Shown: piece by piece, positions 43,444 through 57,806 of the stretch | Numbering within the stretch: position 1 is the stretch's first letter | How the letters are laid out: every line of letters begins with the position of its first letter | NCBI GenBank assembly: GCA_964057225.1 | Contig: OZ059900.1 | Location: 18,290,001 to 18,354,000 of the forward strand | Source: Auanema rhodensis | Taxonomy: Eukaryota; Animalia; Nematoda | Length of the DNA: 64,000 bases | Direction: 5' to 3' | Translations under genes and position numbers: made by a program | The notes under the pieces: model-generated | Seen by the model: the letters and a program-made list of their open reading frames with translations, nothing else | Told to the model about the DNA's origin: nothing | Databases searched by the model: none

Positions 43444-46400
43444 GCTCAAAATTGTTCGTACAACGTCTAGTTCCACTTTCACGACTAAAAAACAGGGGTT
43501 AGAAAATTAAGGAAATTAGCATATTCTGAGGGCACGCCCCTTATGGCTAATATTGATTAAATCGATTTTTGTTCATATGAGTCGTCAAATGCAACGAATT
43601 TCAGCGTGTTACATACTAAAATGAAGCATTTTACATGCTGAACACTAGAAAAATACAAAAACACAGTATTTCCCATGAGAAATATTTTATTATGCTGGAA
43701 AACCAGTTTTTGGAAATTTCGCTGTAAACAAGGTTTTGACTTACGATTTCATGTGTTCAAACTCATGCAATGTCAATGAAACCCAGCTCAAAATTGTTCG
43801 TACAACGTCTAGTTCCACTTTCACGACAAAAAAACAGGGGTTAGAAAATTAAGGAAATTAGCATATTCTGAGGGCACGCCCCTTATGGCTAATATTGATT
43901 AAATCGATTTTTGTTCATATGAGTCGTCAAATGCAACGAATTTCAGCGTGTTACATACTAAAATAAAGCATTTTACATGCTGAACACTAGAAAAATACAA
44001 AAACACAGTATTTCCCATGAGAAATATTTTATTATGCTGGAAAACCAGTTTTTGGAAATTTCGCTGTAAACAAGGTTTTGACTTACGATTTCATGTGTTC
44101 AAACTCATGCAATGTCAATGAAACCTAGCTCAAAATTGTTCGTACAACGTCTAGTTCCACTTTCACGACAAAAAAACAGGGGTTAGAAAATTAAGGAAAT
44201 TAGCATATTCTGAGGGCACGCCCCTTATGGCTAATATTGATTAAATCGATTTTTGTTCATATGAGTCGTCAAATGCAACGAATTTCAGCGTGTTACATAC
44301 TAAAATGAAGCATTTTACATGCTGAACACTAGAAAAATACAAAAACACAGTATTTCCCATGAGAAATATTTTATTATGCTGGAAAACCAGTTTTTGGAAA
44401 TTTCGCTGTAAACAAGGTTTTGACTTACGATTTCATGTGTTCAAACTCATGCAATGTCAATGAAACCCAGCTCAAAATTGTTCGTACAACGTCTAGTTCC
44501 ACTTTCACGACAAAAAAACAGGGGTTAGAAAATTAAGGAAATTAGCATATTCTGAGGGCACGCCCCTTATGGCTAATATTGATTAAATCGATTTTTGTTC
44601 ATATGAGTCGTCAAATGCAACGAATTTCAGCGTGTTACATACTAAAATGAAGCATTTCACATGCTGAACACTAGAAAAATACAAAAACACAGTATTTCCC
44701 ATGAGAAATATTTTATTATGCTGGAAAACCAGTTTTTGGAAATTTCGCTGTAAACAAGGTTTTGACTTACGATTTCATGTGTTCAAACTCATGCAATGTC
44801 AATGAAACCTAGCTCAAAATTGTTCGTACAACGTCTAGTTCCACTTTCACGACAAAAAAACAGGGGTTAGAAAATTAAGGAAATTAGCATATTCTGAGGG
44901 CACGCCCCTTATGGCTAATATTGATTAAATCGATTTTTGTTCATATGAGTCGTCAAATGCAACGAATTTCAGCGTGTTACATACTAAAATGAAGCATTTT
45001 ACATGCTGAACACTAGAAAAATACAAAAACACAGTAATACCCATGAGAAATATTTTATTATGCTGGAAAACCAGTTTTTGGAAATTTCGCTGTAAACAAG
45101 GTTTTGACTTACGATTTCATGTGTTCAAACTCATGCAATGTCAATGAAACCTAGCTCAAAATTGTTAATACAATGTCTAGTTCCACTTTCACGACAAAAA
45201 AACAGGGGTTAGAAAATTAAGGAAATTAGCATATTCTGAGGGCACGCCCCTTATGGCTAATATTGATTAAATCGATTTTTGTTCATATGAGTCGTCAAAT
45301 GCAACGAATTTCAGCGTGTTACATACTAAAATAAAGCATTTCACATGCTGAACACTAGAAAAATACAAAAACACAGTATTTCCCATGAGAAATATTTTAT
45401 TATGCTGGAAAACCAGTTTTTGGAAATTTCGCTGTAAACAAGGTTTTGACTTACGATTTCATGTGTTCAAACTCATGCAATGTCAATGAAACCTAGCTCA
45501 AAATTGTTCGTACAACGTCTAGTTCCACTTTCACGACAAAAAAACAGGGGTTAGAAAATTAAGGAAATTAGCATATTCTGAGGGCACGCCCTTTATGGCT
45601 AATATTGATTAAATCGATTTTTGTTCATATGAGTCGTCAAATGCAACGAATTTCAGCGTGTTACATACTAAAATGAAGCATTTTACATGCTGAACACTAG
45701 AAAAATACAAAAACACAGTATTTCCCATGAGAAATATTTTATTATGCTGGAAAACCAGTTTTTGGAAATTTCGCTGTAAACAAGGTTTTGACTTACGATT
45801 TCATGTGTTCAAACTCATGCAATGTCAATGAAACCTAGCTCAAAATTGTTCGTACAACGTCTAGTTCCACTTTCACGACTAAAAAACAGGGGTTAGAAAA
45901 TTAAGGAAATTAGCATATTCTGAGGGCACGCCCCTTATGGCTAATATTGATTAAATCGATTTTTGTTCATATGAGTCGTCAAATGCAACGAATTTCAGCG
46001 TGTTACATACTAAAATGAAGCATTTTACATGCTGAACACTAGAAAAATACAAAAACACAGTATTTCCCATGAGAAATATTTTATTATGCTGGAAAACCAG
46101 TTTTTGGAAATTTCGCTGTAAACAAGGTTTTGACTTACGATTTCATGTGTTCAAACTCATGCAATGTCAATGAAACCCAGCTCAAAATTGTTCGTACAAC
46201 GTCTAGTTCCACTTTCACGACAAAAAAACAGGGGTTAGAAAATTAAGGAAATTAGCATATTCTGAGGGCACGCCCTTTATGGCTAATATTGATTAAATCG
46301 ATTTTTGTTCATATGAGTCGTCAAATGCAACGAATTTCAGCGTGTTACATACTAAAATAAAGCATTTTACATGCTGAACACTAGAAAAATACAAAAACAC

Positions 46401-49400
46401 AGTATTTCCCATGAGAAATATTTTATTATGCTGGAAAACCAGTTTTTGGAAATTTCGCTGTAAACAAGGTTTTGACTTACGATTTCATGTGTTCAAACTC
46501 ATGCAATGTCAATGAAACCTAGCTCAAAATTGTTCGTACAACGTCTAGTTCCACTTTCACGACAAAAAAACAGGGGTTAGAAAATTAAGGAAATTAGCAT
46601 ATTCTGAGGGCACGCCCCTTATGGCTAATATTGATTAAATCGATTTTTGTTCATATGAGTCGTCAAATGCAACGAATTTCAGCGTGTTACATACTAAAAT
46701 GAAGCATTTTACATGCTGAACACTAGAAAAATACAAAAACACAGTATTTCCCATGAGAAATATTTTATTATGCTGGAAAACCAGTTTTTGGAAATTTCGC
46801 TGTAAACAAGGTTTTGACTTACGATTTCATGTGTTCAAACTCATGCAATGTCAATGAAACCCAGCTCAAAATTGTTCGTACAACGTCTAGTTCCACTTTC
46901 ACGACAAAAAAACAGGGGTTAGAAAATTAAGGAAATTAGCATATTCTGAGGGCACGCCCCTTATGGCTAATATTGATTAAATCGATTTTTGTTCATATGA
47001 GTCGTCAAATGCAACGAATTTCAGCGTGTTACATACTAAAATGAAGCATTTTACATGCTGAACACTAGAAAAATACAAAAACACAGTATTTCCCATGAGA
47101 AATATTTTATTATGCTGGAAAACCAGTTTTTGGAAATTTCGCTGTAAACAAGGTTTTGACTTACGATTTCATGTGTTCAAACTCATGCAATGTCAATGAA
47201 ACCTAGCTCAAAATTGTTCGTACAACGTCTAGTTCCACTTTCACGACAAAAAAACAGGGGTTAGAAAATTAAGGAAATTAGCATATTCTGAGGGCACGCC
47301 CCTTATGGCTAATATTGATTAAATCGATTTTTGTTCATATGAGTCGTCAAATGCAACGAATTTCAGCGTGTTACATACTAAAATGAAGCATTTTACATGC
47401 TGAACACTAGAAAAATACAAAAACACAGTATTTCCCATGAGAAATATTTTATTATGCTGGAAAACCAGTTTTTGAAAATTTCGCTGTAAACAAGGTTTTG
47501 ACTTACGATTTCATGTGTTCAAACTCATGCAATGTCAATGAAACCTAGCTCAAAATTGTTCCTACAACGTCTAGTTCCACTTTCACGACAAAAAAACAGG
47601 GGTTAGAAAATTAAGGAAATTAGCATATTCTGAGGGCACGCCCTTTATGGCTAATATTGATTAAATCGATTTTTGTTCATATGAGTCGTCAAATGCAACG
47701 AATTTCAGCGTGTTACATACTAAAATGAAGCATTTTACATGCTGAACACTAGAAAAATACAAAAACACAGTATTTCCCATGAGAAATATTTTATTATGCT
47801 GGAAAACCAGTTTTTGAAAATTTCGCTGTAAACAAGGTTTTGACTTACGATTTCATGTGTTCAAACTCATGCAATGTCAATGAAACCTAGCTCAAAATTG
47901 TTCCTACAACGTCTAGTTCCACTTTCACGACAAAAAAACAGGGGTTAGAAAATTAAGGAAATTAGCATATTCTGAGGGCACGCCCCTTATGGCTAATATT
48001 GATTAAATCGATTTTTGTTCATATGAGTCGTCAAATGCAACGAATTTCAGCGTGTTACATACTAAAATGAAGCATTTTACATGCTGAACACTAGAAAAAT
48101 ACAAAAACACAGTATTTCCCATGAGAAATATTTTATTATGCTGGAAAACCAGTTTTTGGAAATTTCGCTGTAAACAAGGTTTTGACTTACGATTTCATGT
48201 GTTCAAACTCATGCAATGTCAATGAAACCTAGCTCAAAATTGTTCCTACAACGTCTAGTTCCACTTTCACGACAAAAAAACAGGGGTTAGAAAATTAAGG
48301 AAATTAGCATATTCTGAGGGCACGCCCTTTATGGCTAATATTGATTAAATCGATTTTTGTTCATATGAGTCGTCAAATGCAACGAATTTCAGCGTGTTAC
48401 ATACTAAAATGAAGCATTTCACATGCTGAACACTAGAAAAATACAAAAACACAGTATTTCCCATGAGAAATATTTTATTATGCTGGAAAACCAGTTTTTG
48501 GAAATTTCGCTGTAAACAAGGTTTTGACTTACGATTTCATGTGTTCAAACTCATGCAATGTCAATGAAACCTAGCTCAAAATTGTTCGTACAACGTCTAG
48601 TTCCACTTTCACGACTAAAAAACAGGGGTTAGAAAATTAAGGAAATTAGCATATTCTGAGGGCACGCCCCTTATGGCTAATATTGATTAAATCGATTTTT
48701 GTTCATATGAGTCGTCAAATGCAACGAATTTCAGCGTGTTACATACTTAAATGAAGCATTTTACATGCTGAACACTAGAAAAATACAAAAACACAGTATT
48801 TCCCATGAGAAATATTTTATTATGCTGGAAAACCAGTTTTTGGAAATTTCGCTGTAAACAAGGTTTTGACTTACGATTTCATGTGTTCAAACTCATGCAA
48901 TGTCAATGAAACCCAGCTCAAAATTGTTCGTACAACGTCTAGTTCCACTTTCACGACAAAAAAACAGGGGTTAGAAAATTAAGGAAATTAGCATATTCTG
49001 AGGGCACGCCCCTTATGGCTAATATTGATTAAATCGATTTTTGTTCATATGAGTCGTCAAATGCAACGAATTTCAGCGTGTTACATACTAAAATAAAGCA
49101 TTTTACATGCTGAACACTAGAAAAATACAAAAACACAGTATTTCCCATGAGAAATATTTTATTATGCTGGAAAACCAGTTTTTGGAAATTTCGCTGTAAA
49201 CAAGGTTTTGACTTACGATTTCATGTGTTCAAACTCATGCAATGTCAATGAAACCTAGCTCAAAATTGTTCGTACAACGTCTAGTTCCACTTTCACGACA
49301 AAAAAACAGGGGTTAGAAAATTAAGGAAATTAGCATATTCTGAGGGCACGCCCCTTATGGCTAATATTGATTAAATCGATTTTTGTTCATATGAGTCGTC

Positions 49401-52400
49401 AAATGCAACGAATTTCAGCGTGTTACATACTAAAATGAAGCATTTTACATGCTGAACACTAGAAAAATACAAAAACACAGTATTTCCCATGAGAAATATT
49501 TTATTATGCTGGAAAACCAGTTTTTGGAAATTTCGCTGTAAACAAGGTTTTGACTTACGATTTCATGTGTTCAAACTCATGCAATGTCAATGAAACCCAG
49601 CTCAAAATTGTTCGTACAACGTCTAGTTCCACTTTCACGACAAAAAAACAGGGGTTAGAAAATTAAGGAAATTAGCATATTCTGAGGGCACGCCCCTTAT
49701 GGCTAATATTGATTAAATCGATTTTTGTTCATATGAGTCGTCAAATGCAACGAATTTCAGCGTGTTACATACTAAAATGAAGCATTTCACATGCTGAACA
49801 CTAGAAAAATACAAAAACACAGTATTTCCCATGAGAAATATTTTATTATGCTGGAAAACCAGTTTTTGGAAATTTCGCTGTAAACAAGGTTTTGACTTAC
49901 GATTTCATGTGTTCAAACTCATGCAATGTCAATGAAACCTAGCTCAAAATTGTTCGTACAACGTCTAGTTCCACTTTCACGACAAAAAAACAGGGGTTAG
50001 AAAATTAAGGAAATTAGCATATTCTGAGGGCACGCCCCTTATGGCTAATATTGATTAAATCGATTTTTGTTCATATGAGTCGTCAAATGCAACGAATTTC
50101 AGCGTGTTACATACTAAAATGAAGCATTTTACATGCTGAACACTAGAAAAATACAAAAACACAGTAATACCCATGAGAAATATTTTATTATGCTGGAAAA
50201 CCAGTTTTTGGAAATTTCGCTGTAAACAAGGTTTTGACTTACGATTTCATGTGTTCAAACTCATGCAATGTCAATGAAACCTAGCTCAAAATTGTTAATA
50301 CAATGTCTAGTTCCACTTTCACGACAAAAAAACAGGGGTTAGAAAATTAAGGAAATTAGCATATTCTGAGGGCACGCCCCTTATGGCTAATATTGATTAA
50401 ATCGATTTTTGTTCATATGAGTCGTCAAATGCAACGAATTTCAGCGTGTTACATACTAAAATAAAGCATTTCACATGCTGAACACTAGAAAAATACAAAA
50501 ACACAGTATTTCCCATGAGAAATATTTTATTATGCTGGAAAACCAGTTTTTGGAAATTTCGCTGTAAACAAGGTTTTGACTTACGATTTCATGTGTTCAA
50601 ACTCATGCAATGTCAATGAAACCTAGCTCAAAATTGTTCGTACAACGTCTAGTTCCACTTTCACGACAAAAAAACAGGGGTTAGAAAATTAAGGAAATTA
50701 GCATATTCTGAGGGCACGCCCTTTATGGCTAATATTGATTAAATCGATTTTTGTTCATATGAGTCGTCAAATGCAACGAATTTCAGCGTGTTACATACTA
50801 AAATGAAGCATTTTACATGCTGAACACTAGAAAAATACAAAAACACAGTATTTCCCATGAGAAATATTTTATTATGCTGGAAAACCAGTTTTTGGAAATT
50901 TCGCTGTAAACAAGGTTTTGACTTACGATTTCATGTGTTCAAACTCATGCAATGTCAATGAAACCTAGCTCAAAATTGTTCGTACAACGTCTAGTTCCAC
51001 TTTCACGACTAAAAAACAGGGGTTAGAAAATTAAGGAAATTAGCATATTCTGAGGGCACGCCCCTTATGGCTAATATTGATTAAATCGATTTTTGTTCAT
51101 ATGAGTCGTCAAATGCAACGAATTTCAGCGTGTTACATACTAAAATGAAGCATTTTACATGCTGAACACTAGAAAAATACAAAAACACAGTATTTCCCAT
51201 GAGAAATATTTTATTATGCTGGAAAACCAGTTTTTGGAAATTTCGCTGTAAACAAGGTTTTGACTTACGATTTCATGTGTTCAAACTCATGCAATGTCAA
51301 TGAAACCCAGCTCAAAATTGTTCGTACAACGTCTAGTTCCACTTTCACGACAAAAAAACAGGGGTTAGAAAATTAAGGAAATTAGCATATTCTGAGGGCA
51401 CGCCCTTTATGGCTAATATTGATTAAATCGATTTTTGTTCATATGAGTCGTCAAATGCAACGAATTTCAGCGTGTTACATACTAAAATAAAGCATTTTAC
51501 ATGCTGAACACTAGAAAAATACAAAAACACAGTATTTCCCATGAGAAATATTTTATTATGCTGGAAAACCAGTTTTTGGAAATTTCGCTGTAAACAAGGT
51601 TTTGACTTACGATTTCATGTGTTCAAACTCATGCAATGTCAATGAAACCTAGCTCAAAATTGTTCGTACAACGTCTAGTTCCACTTTCACGACAAAAAAA
51701 CAGGGGTTAGAAAATTAAGGAAATTAGCATATTCTGAGGGCACGCCCCTTATGGCTAATATTGATTAAATCGATTTTTGTTCATATGAGTCGTCAAATGC
51801 AACGAATTTCAGCGTGTTACATACTAAAATGAAGCATTTTACATGCTGAACACTAGAAAAATACAAAAACACAGTATTTCCCATGAGAAATATTTTATTA
51901 TGCTGGAAAACCAGTTTTTGGAAATTTCGCTGTAAACAAGGTTTTGACTTACGATTTCATGTGTTCAAACTCATGCAATGTCAATGAAACCCAGCTCAAA
52001 ATTGTTCGTACAACGTCTAGTTCCACTTTCACGACAAAAAAACAGGGGTTAGAAAATTAAGGAAATTAGCATATTCTGAGGGCACGCCCCTTATGGCTAA
52101 TATTGATTAAATCGATTTTTGTTCATATGAGTCGTCAAATGCAACGAATTTCAGCGTGTTACATACTAAAATGAAGCATTTTACATGCTGAACACTAGAA
52201 AAATACAAAAACACAGTATTTCCCATGAGAAATATTTTATTATGCTGGAAAACCAGTTTTTGGAAATTTCGCTGTAAACAAGGTTTTGACTTACGATTTC
52301 ATGTGTTCAAACTCATGCAATGTCAATGAAACCTAGCTCAAAATTGTTCGTACAACGTCTAGTTCCACTTTCACGACAAAAAAACAGGGGTTAGAAAATT

Positions 52401-53702
52401 AAGGAAATTAGCATATTCTGAGGGCACGCCCCTTATGGCTAATATTGATTAAATCGATTTTTGTTCATATGAGTCGTCAAATGCAACGAATTTCAGCGTG
52501 TTACATACTAAAATGAAGCATTTTACATGCTGAACACTAGAAAAATACAAAAACACAGTATTTCCCATGAGAAATATTTTATTATGCTGGAAAACCAGTT
52601 TTTGAAAATTTCGCTGTAAACAAGGTTTTGACTTACGATTTCATGTGTTCAAACTCATGCAATGTCAATGAAACCTAGCTCAAAATTGTTCCTACAACGT
52701 CTAGTTCCACTTTCACGACAAAAAAACAGGGGTTAGAAAATTAAGGAAATTAGCATATTCTGAGGGCACGCCCTTTATGGCTAATATTGATTAAATCGAT
52801 TTTTGTTCATATGAGTCGTCAAATGCAACGAATTTCAGCGTGTTACATACTAAAATGAAGCATTTTACATGCTGAACACTAGAAAAATACAAAAACACAG
52901 TATTTCCATGAGAAATATTTTATTATGCTGGAAAACCAGTTTTTGAAAATTTCGCTGTAAACAAGGTTTTGACTTACGATTTCATGTGTTCAAACTCATG
53001 CAATGTCAATGAAACCTAGCTCAAAATTGTTCCTACAACGTCTAGTTCCACTTTCACGACAAAAAAACAGGGGTTAGAAAATTAAGGAAATTAGCATATT
53101 CTGAGGGCACGCCCCTTATGGCTAATATTGATTAAATCGATTTTTGTTCATATGAGTCGTCAAATGCAACGAATTTCAGCGTGTTACATACTAAAATGAA
53201 GCATTTTACATGCTGAACACTAGAAAAATACAAAAACACAGTATTTCCCATGAGAAATATTTTATTATGCTGGAAAACCAGTTTTTGGAAATTTCGCTGT
53301 AAACAAGGTTTTGACTTACGATTTCATGTGTTCAAACTCATGCAATGTCAATGAAACCTAGCTCAAAATTGTTCCTACAACGTCTAGTTCCACTTTCACG
53401 ACAAAAAAACAGGGGTTAGAAAATTAAGGAAATTAGCATATTCTGAGGGCACGCCCTTTATGGCTAATATTGATTAAATCGATTTTTGTTCATATGAGTC
53501 GTCAAATGCAACGAATTTCAGCGTGTTACATACTAAAATGAAGCATTTCACATGCTGAACACTAGAAAAATACAAAAACACAGTATTTCCCATGAGAAAT
53601 ATTTTATTATGCTGGAAAACCAGTTTTTGGAAATTTCGCTGTAAACAAGGTTTTGACTTACGATTTCATGTGTTCAAACTCATGCAATGTCAATGAAACC
53701 TA
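43444..53702. repeat. 15-monomer (5130 bp) near-perfect tandem duplication, M128-142 / M143-157
   Basis: The allele pattern matches monomer for monomer, including the rare GTTAATACAATG+G180A+T189C monomer at 45154 and 50284. I saw only two differences: A>T at 48748 and a 1-bp deletion at ~52906. Confidence 0.92.
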
Positions 53703-56700
53703 GCTCAAAATTGTTCGTACAACGTCTAGTTCCACTTTCACGACAAAAAAACAGGGGTTAGAAAATTAAGGAAATTAGCATATTCTGAGGGCACGCCCCT
53801 TATGGCTAATATTGATTAAATCGATTTTTGTTCATATGAGTCGTCAAATGCAACGAATTTCAGCGTGTTACATACTAAAATGAAGCATTTTACATGCTGA
53901 ACACTAGAAAAATACAAAAACACAGTAATACCCATGAGAAATATTTTATTATGCTGGAAAACCAGTTTTTGGAAATTTCGCTGTAAACAAGGTTTTGACT
54001 TACGATTTCATGTGTTCAAACTCATGCAATGTCAATGAAACCTAGCTCAAAATTGTTCGTACAACGTCTAGTTCCACTTTCACGACAAAAAAACAGGGGT
54101 TAGAAAATTAAGGAAATTAGCATATTCTGAGGGCACGCCCCTTATGGCTAATATTGATTAAATCGATTTTTGTTCATATGAGTCGTCAAATGCAACGAAT
54201 TTCAGCGTGTTACATACTAAAATGAAGCATTTTACATGCTGAACACTAGAAAAATACAAAAACACAGTATTTCCCATGAGAAATATTTTATTATGCTGGA
54301 AAACCAGTTTTTGGAAATTTCGCTGTAAACAAGGTTTTGACTTACGATTTCATGTGTTCAAACTCATGCAATGTCAATGAAACCTAGCTCAAAATTGTTC
54401 GTACAACGTCTAGTTCCACTTTCACGACAAAAAAACAGGGGTTAGAAAATTAAGGAAATTAGCATATTCTGAGGGCACGCCCCTTATGGCTAATATTGAT
54501 TAAATCGATTTTTGTTCATATGAGTCGTCAAATGCAACGAATTTCAGCGTGTTACATACTAAAATGAAGCATTTTACATGCTGAACACTAGAAAAATACA
54601 AAAACACAGTAATACCCATGAGAAATATTTTATTATGCTGGAAAACCAGTTTTTGGAAAGTTCGCTGTAAACAAGGTTTTGACTTACGATTTCATGTGTT
54701 CAAACTCATGCAATGTCAATGAAACCTAGCTCAAAATTGTTCGTACAACGTCTAGTTCCACTTTCACGACTAAAAAACAGGGGTTAGAAAATTAAGGAAA
54801 TTAGCATATTCTGAGGGCACGCCCCTTATGGCTAATATTGATTAAATCGATTTTTGTTCATATGAGTCGTCAAATGCAACGAATTTCAGCGTGTTACATA
54901 CTAAAATGAAGCATTTTACATGCTGAACACTAGAAAAATACAAAAACACAGTAATACCCATGAGAAATATTTTATTATGCTGGAAAACCAGTTTTTGGAA
55001 ATTTCGCTGTAAACAAGGTTTTGACTTACGATTTCATGTGTTCAAACTCATGCAATGTCAATGAAACCTAGCTCAAAATTGTTCGTACAACGTCTAGTTC
55101 CACTTTCACGACAAAAAAACAGGGGTTAGAAAATTAAGGAAATTAGCATATTCTGAGGGCACGCCCCTTATGGCTAATATTGATTAAATCGATTTTTGTT
55201 CATATGAGTCGTCAAATGCAACGAATTTCAGCGTGTTACATACTAAAATGAAGCATTTTACATGCTGAACACTAGAAAAATACAAAAACACAGTAATACC
55301 CATGAGAAATATTTTATTATGCTGGAAAACCAGTTTTTGGAAATTTCGCTGTAAACAAGGTTTTGACTTACGATTTCATGTGTTCAAACTCATGCAATGT
55401 CAATGAAACCTAGCTCAAAATTGTTAATACAATGTCTAGTTCCACTTTCACGACAAAAAAACAGGGGTTAGAAAATTAAGGAAATTAGCATATTCTGAGG
55501 GCACGCCCTTTATGGCTAATATTGATTAAATCGATTTTTGTTCATATGAGTCGTCAAATGCAACGAATTTCAGCGTGTTACATACTAAAATGAAGCATTT
55601 TACATGCTGAACACTAGAAAAATACAAAAACACAGTATTTCCCATGAGAAATATTTTATTATGCTGGAAAACCAGTTTTTGGAAATTTCGCTGTAAACAA
55701 GGTTTTGACTTACGATTTCATGTGTTCAAACTCATGCAATGTCAATGAAACCTAGCTCAAAATTGTTCGTACAACGTCTAGTTCCACTTTCACGACAAAA
55801 AAACAGGGGTTAGAAAATTAAGGAAATTAGCATATTCTGAGGGCACGCCCCTTATGGCTAATATTGATTAAATCGATTTTTGTTCATATGAGTCGTCAAA
55901 TGCAACGAATTTCAGCGTGTTACATACTAAAATGAAGCATTTTACATGCTGAACACTAGAAAAATACAAAAACACAGTAATACCCATGAGAAATATTTTA
56001 TTATGCTGGAAAACCAGTTTTTGGAAATTTCGCTGTAAACAAGGTTTTGACTTACGATTTCATGTGTTCAAACTCATGCAATGTCAATGAAACCTAGCTC
56101 AAAATTGTTCGTACAACGTCTAGTTCCACTTTCACGACAAAAAAACAGGGGTTAGAAAATTAAGGAAATTAGCATATTCTGAGGGCACGCCCCTTATGGC
56201 TAATATTGATTAAATCGATTTTTGTTCATATGAGTCGTCAAATGCAACGAATTTCAGCGTGTTACATACTAAAATGAAGCATTTTACATGCTGAACACTA
56301 GAAAAATACAAAAACACAGTATTTCCCATGAGAAATATTTTATTATGCTGGAAAACCAGTTTTTGGAAATTTCGCTGTAAACAAGGTTTTGACTTACGAT
56401 TTCATGTGTTCAAACTCATGCAATGTCAATGAAACCTAGCTCAAAATTGTTCGTACAACGTCTAGTTCCACTTTCACGACAAAAAAACAGGGGTTAGAAA
56501 ATTAAGGAAATTAGCATATTCTGAGGGCACGCCCCTTATGGCTAATATTAATTAAATCGATTTTTGTTCATATGAGTCGTCAAATGCAACGAATTTCAGC
56601 GTGTTACATACTAAAATGAAGCATTTTACATGCTGAACACTAGAAAAATACAAAAACACAGTAATACCCATGAGAAATATTTTATTATGCTGGAAAACCA

Positions 56701-57806
56701 GTTTTTGGAAAGTTCGCTGTAAACAAGGTTTTGACTTACGATTTCATGTGTTCAAACTCATGCAATGTCAATGAAACCTAGCTCAAAATTGTTCGTACAA
56801 CGTCTAGTTCCACTTTCACGACTAAAAAACAGGGGTTAGAAAATTAAGGAAATTAGCATATTCTGAGGGCACGCCCCTTATGGCTAATATTGATTAAATC
56901 GATTTTTGTTCATATGAGTCGTCAAATGCAACGAATTTCAGCGTGTTACATACTAAAATGAAGCATTTTACATGCTGAACACTAGAAAAATACAAAAACA
57001 CAGTAATACCCATGAGAAATATTTTATTATGCTGGAAAACCAGTTTTTGGAAATCTCGCTGTAAACAAGGTTTTGACTTACGATTTCATGTGTTCAAACT
57101 CATGCAATGTCAATGAAACCTAGCTCAAAATTGTTCGTACAACGTCTAGTTCCACTTTCACGACAAAAAAACAGGGGTTAGAAAATTAAGGAAATTAGCA
57201 TATTCTGAGGGCACGCCCCTTATGGCTAATATTGATTAAATCGATTTTTGTTCATATGAGTCGTCAAATGCAACGAATTTCAGCGTGTTACATACTAAAA
57301 TGAAGCATTTTACATGCTGAACACTAGAAAAATACAAAAACACAGTAATACCCATGAGAAATATTTTATTATGCTGGAAAACCAGTTTTTGGAAATTTCG
57401 CTGTAAACAAGGTTTTGACTTACGATTTCATGTGTTCAAACTCATGCAATGTCAATGAAACCTAGCTCAAAATTGTTAATACAATGTCTAGTTCCACTTT
57501 CACGACAAAAAAACAGGGGTTAGAAAATTAAGGAAATTAGCATATTCTGAGGGCACGCCCTTTATGGCTAATATTGATTAAATCGATTTTTGTTCATATG
57601 AGTCGTCAAATGCAACGAATTTCAGCGTGTTACATACTAAAATGAAGCATTTTACATGCTGAACACTAGAAAAATACAAAAACACAGTATTTCCCATGAG
57701 AAATATTTTATTATGCTGGAAAACCAGTTTTTGGAAAGTTCGCTGTAAACAAGGTTTTGACTTACGATTTCATGTGTTCAAACTCATGCAATGTCAATGA
57801 AACCTA
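53703..57806. repeat. 6-monomer (2052 bp) tandem duplication, M158-163 / M164-169
   Basis: The pattern [GTAATAC][consensus][GTAATAC+GGAAAGTTC][A43T+GTAATAC][GTAATAC][GTTAATACAATG+C97T] occurs twice. Confidence 0.9.
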
